In this document: positions 58,486-64,000 of the stretch, piece by piece
How positions within the stretch are numbered: the stretch's first letter is position 1
How the letters are laid out: the number at the start of each line of letters is the position of its first letter
Source of the DNA: Candidatus Aenigmatarchaeota archaeon
GTDB taxonomy: Archaea > Aenigmatarchaeota > Aenigmatarchaeia > CG10238-14 > SCSR01
DNA length: 64,000 nt
Direction: 5' to 3'
Assembly (NCBI GenBank): GCA_038998625.1
Contig: JAWADS010000001.1
Span: 30,110 to 94,109, forward strand
Translations under genes and position numbers: made by a program
The notes under the pieces: model-generated
Database searches by the model: none
What the model was told of the DNA's origin: nothing
What the model saw: the letters and a program-made list of their open reading frames with translations, nothing else

Positions 58486-60573
58486 TTATCTTTTTGTTTT
58501 CTTTTTCCAATCCTTTTTACTTTCACATTTATGATTTATACACATTCTAAAAGGTCTAGAACCTTTTTTCCAAACTTGAATCATAGGCCAACCACATTTT
58601 TCACAAGCTTTATTTAAAGGAGTTATAGCACCTTCAGCAGGCAGAGGAAATCCTGTTTTGCAATTAGGATAATTGCTGCAACCAGCAAATCTTTTTCCAG
58701 TTTTCCTTATAAAGAAAACTAGCATTTCCCCAGTTTTACATTTTAAGCAAGGGCCAAGCTTTCTTTCTTCTTGCCTAGCCTCTTGCAAAGCTTTTAAAAG
58801 CTCTTTACCAATTTTATTTTCATTCTTTTTAAAATCTTCCAGAATATCTAAAAGAGTTTTCTTAGCTTCTTCTATAACTTCCTCTCTTTTCTTTTTCCCA
58901 TTAAATACATCGTCCATCTCCTTTTCAAAATACCTTGTTAATTCTTCACTCACTATTTTTGGCACATATTTTTTCAAAGTTTTTGCTACAATTTCACCCA
59001 GCTTAGTAACCTTTATGGACTTTCCGATAATATATCTTCTATCATAAAGAGTTTGTAGGATTTCTGCCCTCGTTGCTCTTGTTCCAAGATTTCTAGCTTC
59101 CATTTCTTTTATTATACTTCCTTGAGAATAGCGGGCAGGGGGTTGAGTTTCTTTGGCCAATTCTTCCAATTTTATGACTTTAATAATCTGGCCAGGTTTA
59201 AGCTCAGGCAGAATCAATTCTTCCCTCTTCAAGTAAGGTTCATATATTCTTGTCCAGCCTGGCTCTAAGGTCCGCTTGCCAACAAGCAAGAAAGTATGGC
59301 CAGCGACATCTAGACTAACAGTGTTAGTTTCTCTTAAAGCTATATCTCCGAAAACTGATAGTGTGCGTCTCACTATTAAATCATAAATCTTTCTTTGTTG
59401 TGGTGTAAGTTTTGATAAATCTGGAGGTTGATGTGTAGCGTAAATAGCTGGATGTGCAGGATCTTCACGCTTGCCTTCAACAGGCACAAGCTTCTCTTTT
59501 TTCAAAATTTCTTCTGCAAATTTTTTATAAGGTGGCAAAGAAGCTAGGGCCTTCAAAATTCTTTCATAATTTATACTTGGCGGTAGTTTTTGTGAGGATG
59601 ATCTTGGATAGCTTATAAATCCCTGTTGGTATAAACTCTCAGCTATATTCATAGTTTGTTGGGGAGAAAATTTAAAATGTTGATAAGCTTCAGCTTGCAA
59701 ATCTGTTGTATTAAAGGGTACAGGGGGCGCTTGTTTATATTTTTTCTTCTTAACATCTTTCACAATTGCATCTTTGTTCTTACAACTCTGCAATATCTTG
59801 TCGGCGTCTTCTTTCTTCCAAATCCTTCCTTTTTCATAACTTGCAACAGCTTCTGTTCCATTTATCTTAACATGGAGCTCTAGTTCCCAATAAGGTTTTG
59901 GCTTGAACTTCCTTATTTCCAACTCTCTATCCAACAAAATTGCTAGGGTCGGGCTTTGTACACGACCAGAGGATAAAATGGCAAATCCACCCCTTTCAGC
60001 TGAATTCTTTAAAGCCAATGTTAATGCTCTAGTTAAGTTGATTCCCCATAACCAATCAAGGTAGTGCCTAGTTAGCCCAGCTTCAATTTGGGAGAAATCT
60101 AAATGTTTTGACATATTTTCATATGATTCAATCAACTCATCTTTAGTTAGGGTTGAAAATTTCATTCTGTAGCCATCATTTTTCCCAGCCAGAAACCTCA
60201 AGATATTATAACCTATTACAGATCCTTCAGTGTCGTAATCTGTAGCAATAACATATTCGGAACCATTAGCTACCATATTTTTTACCACATCAAAATATTT
60301 TTTAGAAAAACTAGACTCTTTTCTTACTTCATAGCTTGGCTTCCATTCTGATTCAAAAATAGGGTAGGTCCAACCTTTGCCATTATCTACTGGGTCTAAA
60401 TTAAAAAGATGGCCAACAGCGCACACTACTATATGTTTTTTTCCTTTTCTTTCAAACTCATAATAAGTAACTTTTTCCTCGTTAGTATGAACTTTAAGCG
60501 TTTTAGGCTCAGCTAAAGCTTCAGCAATTCTCCTAGATGCATCAGGTTTTTCGGTTATTATTACTACAGTCAT
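58486..60573 (-). CDS. topA: DNA topoisomerase I (type IA)
   Basis: ITEKP, ATDYDTEG, SSGRVQSP, catalytic ISYPR, C-terminal Zn ribbons. Confidence 0.96.
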   Translation of the reverse strand: MTVVIITEKPDASRRIAEALAEPKTLKVHTNEEKVTYYEFERKGKKHIVVCAVGHLFNLDPVDNGKGWTYPIFESEWKPSYEVRKESSFSKKYFDVVKNMVANGSEYVIATDYDTEGSVIGYNILRFLAGKNDGYRMKFSTLTKDELIESYENMSKHLDFSQIEAGLTRHYLDWLWGINLTRALTLALKNSAERGGFAILSSGRVQSPTLAILLDRELEIRKFKPKPYWELELHVKINGTEAVASYEKGRIWKKEDADKILQSCKNKDAIVKDVKKKKYKQAPPVPFNTTDLQAEAYQHFKFSPQQTMNIAESLYQQGFISYPRSSSQKLPPSINYERILKALASLPPYKKFAEEILKKEKLVPVEGKREDPAHPAIYATHQPPDLSKLTPQQRKIYDLIVRRTLSVFGDIALRETNTVSLDVAGHTFLLVGKRTLEPGWTRIYEPYLKREELILPELKPGQIIKVIKLEELAKETQPPARYSQGSIIKEMEARNLGTRATRAEILQTLYDRRYIIGKSIKVTKLGEIVAKTLKKYVPKIVSEELTRYFEKEMDDVFNGKKKREEVIEEAKKTLLDILEDFKKNENKIGKELLKALQEARQEERKLGPCLKCKTGEMLVFFIRKTGKRFAGCSNYPNCKTGFPLPAEGAITPLNKACEKCGWPMIQVWKKGSRPFRMCINHKCESKKDWKKKTKR

Positions 60574-60607
60574 AAAAGAAAAAATATTTTGTTAATCCTT
60601 AAAAATT

Positions 60608-61699
60608 TTATTCTATTATTATTGGCTGTATTTTATTCATTTCCTCCAATATTTTTTCTATTGTCGATATTCTGGTTTCCAAAAATATCATTCTATTTAG
60701 AATATCATTCATTTCAACTTTTCCTATTGTAGGAGCATGTACAGGTTCAAGTCTCTCTTTTATTTTTAGGCTTTCAAACTCTTTCTCCAACTCGCTCATT
60801 CTATATAATATTCCTTCAATATCACTCCTTTTCACCTTTTCTAAAATAGAAATTTTTGTATTATCCAAATCACGCTTCACTTTATCAACAGATTCATTAA
60901 TCAATTCCAATTTAGTTTCAAAACTTTTGATTTTTTCTATTTCAGTAGATAGATTTTCATAAATGGTTTCTACTTTGCTAGAGATTCTCCTTATTTCATT
61001 CTCTAAAAATTTTATTATCTCTATTTTTTCTTCCACATCTTTGCTTAAATCAATTAATTTATCTAAACTTTCGAATTTTTTAAGTTCTAGCTCCATTTTG
61101 TTAACTTCATTAGAAATATTCTTTGTTACAGATTCTACAGCTTCCACTCTTGTAATTTGACTTAACAAATCTTTTTTAACAAGTTTTATTTCATTTAATA
61201 AAGTATCTGATAAAGATTTTTTCAAATTATCTTCTAAGATGGCAAATTTATTTTCAAAATCAGCAATCTTTAATTCTATCTCAACCTTCTTTTTATTTAA
61301 AATATCTAACTCATTCTTTATATTTTTTATTTGTTCAGGAATATTTTTTGTGTCAATTTCGCTCATGGCTTTATGTGTTCTTTCTAACTCAGTAATTTTA
61401 TTCTGTAGGTTTACTAAAGTTTCATTGATATTTTTCATATCTTGCAGCCTTTCTTTAATTTCTTCCATCATTTTTTTAAATTCGAGAATCCCCACATTTT
61501 CTAACATTGCTAAATCTTCAACATCTTCTAACCTTTGCTTTAATTCAGCTAAATTAGTTGCATCAAAATCTTTTAATTTGTCTTTAATTTCACTTAAAGC
61601 TACTTCTAAATCCAATAATCTTTTCTCCATTTGAAGAAAACTTAATTTAAATTTTTTTTCTATGCTACTTGAATCGTCCTGATTTTCCTCTATTGGCAT
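60608..61699 (-). CDS. Long coiled-coil protein
   Basis: Continuous heptads; C-terminal PIIIE. Confidence 0.75.
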   Translation of the reverse strand: MPIEENQDDSSSIEKKFKLSFLQMEKRLLDLEVALSEIKDKLKDFDATNLAELKQRLEDVEDLAMLENVGILEFKKMMEEIKERLQDMKNINETLVNLQNKITELERTHKAMSEIDTKNIPEQIKNIKNELDILNKKKVEIELKIADFENKFAILEDNLKKSLSDTLLNEIKLVKKDLLSQITRVEAVESVTKNISNEVNKMELELKKFESLDKLIDLSKDVEEKIEIIKFLENEIRRISSKVETIYENLSTEIEKIKSFETKLELINESVDKVKRDLDNTKISILEKVKRSDIEGILYRMSELEKEFESLKIKERLEPVHAPTIGKVEMNDILNRMIFLETRISTIEKILEEMNKIQPIIIE

Positions 61700-62267
61700 A
61701 TTCTCTAAAAATAAATTTGGTTTTCTTTATTTTTAAATAGTGATTTATCCACAGTAACCAAAGGAATAAAACAGCAAAAATTAGGCCTTCTCGCCAAAGA
61801 AAAGTATGGATTAAATCGAAATATTCAATTCCATAAGTAAGGGCAATAAGTAATGTTGTAAAAATTCTTATAATATTTATCGAAAAAAGTATCGGAAGGC
61901 CAATGGAAAGAAATTTTAATTTATTTTTAAAATTGATGAAGGGGGTTGCTATTGTTAATGCAGTTATAAGATAAAGGCTTTTCCATCCGGTAGAATCCCA
62001 TGAAATTTCTGCATGCAAAATACCTCCAGAATAAAGAATTTTAATGAAATGCTCTGATTGTTGTACACTATAACCTGAAAATCTTAATAAATTGGATATG
62101 AATGAAGCAAGCAGGGTTTGAAAGGGGGTAAAAGTAAGATTAAAATAAACAATTAAATACAAAGGTAATGACAAAATATTTAAAATGAACACAAATCTAA
62201 GCAGTAGAAAAAGTTTATCTTTTAAATTAAATTTTATAACTTTCTTTTTTTGTAAGCCTCCAACCAT
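61665..62267 (-). CDS. Exosortase/archaeosortase-like membrane protein
   Basis: EISWDSTGWKS, INIIRI, H...W motifs with TM helices. Confidence 0.7.
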   Translation of the reverse strand: MVGGLQKKKVIKFNLKDKLFLLLRFVFILNILSLPLYLIVYFNLTFTPFQTLLASFISNLLRFSGYSVQQSEHFIKILYSGGILHAEISWDSTGWKSLYLITALTIATPFINFKNKLKFLSIGLPILFSINIIRIFTTLLIALTYGIEYFDLIHTFLWREGLIFAVLFLWLLWINHYLKIKKTKFIFREYANRGKSGRFK

Positions 62268-63352
62268 TTTATAAAACCAACCTTTCTAGCTTGTTTTATT
62301 TTTTCTTCTAATACATTTTTTTGTACGGCTTTTAAATACTCAAAATTTTTTATCATTTCTGGTTCAAAAACAATTATCGGAAATTCTGCCTTTTCTAATT
62401 CTTTATCCGTGACAGGATTCTCAACTATTACCGCCTTGATATTATATTCATTTAAAAGATTTAGATTTTTCATATCTTTGCACAAAACAACTCTTTTATT
62501 TAATTCAATCATTTGATCTATTTCCTCTAACTTTTCTCCTTCTATTCTTTCAATTTCAATGAGAGGCTCATAACCTTTATTTTCTATTTTTCTAAACTTC
62601 TTCCACAATTCTATGCTTTTACTTAACTTTTCAGTCTTTTCTCTAATTCTGTAAATGTTTTCTACATCTACTTTTACACTTTTTAGTTTTTCAATTTCTT
62701 CCTTCAATTTTTTGATAGTTAAATGCAGCCTATTTAATTCTTCCTCTTGTTCTTGGATTTTTATATCCCTTTCTTTTATTCTTTTTCTTAGCTCCTCTAC
62801 AAGGTTTTGATATTCCTGTAAATTGAGTTTTTTAATTTTTTCAGGCTCTATTTCAATTTTCCTTTTTTGTGCTAAAACTTTCTCTATAGCATCTTCAATA
62901 TTGCTGCTATCTTCTTTTAAAAGTTTTAATAAAACACTATCATAAATTTCCATTAAGCCTAAGTTTTTTAATATAATTTCAACCTTATCAAAAAGATTTC
63001 TATATTTTTTCCAAGTTTTAATTACCGCAGACAAGGCATCTAATTCATGATCATTTTTTATCATATTAGCGAAATATTTAGTTAAATTCAATTTTTCTTC
63101 CCTTGACAAAGATTTTTCTGGATAATCTAATTTGCAGCCCAAAACGCTAGAAATTTTTTCAACAGTTTTTGGCGGAGGAAAAACATCACATGCTATCAGT
63201 ATAGGTTTACCGAATTTTGTAATATGATGAATTAGTTCATTTCTCCTAATATTCCTCTTACTCATTAATGCTATTAAATTACCTCTTGTATCTACTATAG
63301 CTAAACCTGTAGTTATTCCCGGATCAACTCCTACAATAATTACATCAACCAA
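62234..63352 (-). CDS. DUF460 family protein (RNase H-like fold plus coiled coil)
   Basis: IVGVDPGITTGLA, IACDV.PPP, NDHELDAL. Confidence 0.88.
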   Translation of the reverse strand: MVDVIIVGVDPGITTGLAIVDTRGNLIALMSKRNIRRNELIHHITKFGKPILIACDVFPPPKTVEKISSVLGCKLDYPEKSLSREEKLNLTKYFANMIKNDHELDALSAVIKTWKKYRNLFDKVEIILKNLGLMEIYDSVLLKLLKEDSSNIEDAIEKVLAQKRKIEIEPEKIKKLNLQEYQNLVEELRKRIKERDIKIQEQEEELNRLHLTIKKLKEEIEKLKSVKVDVENIYRIREKTEKLSKSIELWKKFRKIENKGYEPLIEIERIEGEKLEEIDQMIELNKRVVLCKDMKNLNLLNEYNIKAVIVENPVTDKELEKAEFPIIVFEPEMIKNFEYLKAVQKNVLEEKIKQARKVGFIKWLEAYKKRKL

Positions 63353-63356
63353 TTCA

Positions 63357-63998
63357 TCACTCTTTATATTCTACTTCCACAAAATCTTTAATTTTTTTTG
63401 CCAATTTTTTACCTATACCTCTTACTTTTTGCAAATCATTTTCATTTGCGTTAATAATTTTCTTAATTGACTTGAAGTTTTTTAATAACCTTTTAGCTAA
63501 AACATAGGATATGCCAGGAAAAGATGAAAGCACAAATTCTTGTATAGTTTTTAAATCTTGAGGTTTCTTTCCAACTTTGAAAGATGGAAAAAATTTATTT
63601 TCTTCTTGCTCCTTCTTAGCCAACCAATAAATCATTCTCGCTGTATCTTTTGTATTTCTTGTATTAACAACACTAATTCCAAAATCAATAATTAGGCTGG
63701 ATAAAGCAGCTTTTAATGCATTTTCATTGATTTCCCTATTGGAAGAGCCTTCAATAATGATTATCGGACTTTCAAAATTCTCTTTTAATAATTTTGCCTG
63801 ATCAAAAATTCTACCATCTATAATCGAGCCTATAAAGTCACTATGACTCTTTCTTTCCACTGCCACTCTTTCACTACAAATAAAATCTCCAACCATTAGA
63901 TTCATCTCATTAACTTTTACATCAAAACTTTTTAGAATTTCTGATACCTCCTTTTCTCTATAATCAGAAATTATTATTATTTTTTCTTTAGGGGGCAA
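63357..63998 (-). CDS. xpf: XPF/ERCC4 structure-specific nuclease with HhH2 (start at the window edge)
   Basis: DYRE, GDF, VERKS..DF..SI.DGR...Q; two HhH motifs. Confidence 0.92.
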   Translation of the reverse strand: MPPKEKIIIISDYREKEVSEILKSFDVKVNEMNLMVGDFICSERVAVERKSHSDFIGSIIDGRIFDQAKLLKENFESPIIIIEGSSNREINENALKAALSSLIIDFGISVVNTRNTKDTARMIYWLAKKEQEENKFFPSFKVGKKPQDLKTIQEFVLSSFPGISYVLAKRLLKNFKSIKKIINANENDLQKVRGIGKKLAKKIKDFVEVEYKE

Positions 63999-64000
63999 AA

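Overview
AT-rich, gene-dense chromosomal segment of a small-genome archaeon. The gene set points to the DPANN group (Aenigmarchaeota-like; inference): Alba, AMP phosphorylase plus R15P isomerase, Top6AB, aIF-1A, EndA, S17e, EndoQ, ADP-forming acetyl-CoA synthetase, S-layer protein, NreA, SOD, intein-containing CDC48, TopA and XPF. The first 12.7 kb is a surface/host-contact island with several class-III-signal (pilin-like) proteins, a Cys-rich repeat protein and a 2468-aa secreted protein. The window also holds the SRP RNA and 8 tRNA genes, all intron-interrupted (11 introns, 7 at non-canonical positions). Main finding: the four introns at the canonical 37/38 site (Leu-CAA, Gln-UUG, Thr-UGU, Trp-CCA; 28-44 nt) each carry an antisense guide to their own tRNA followed by a D-like box. 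Three also have a matching C-like box forming a K-loop; Trp is degenerate. By the N+5 rule they target C34, U34, U39 and C34, which suggests minimal single-guide box C/D RNAs inside tRNA introns. Other notable points: an atypical EndA directly behind a two-intron tRNA-Phe, two zero-spacer tandem tRNAs, a probable CTG start for top6A, a K-loop hairpin in the S-layer leader, a 62-nt identity between CDC48 D1 and D2, and several enzymes lacking catalytic residues. All family assignments are by-eye motif recognition; no database searches were run.
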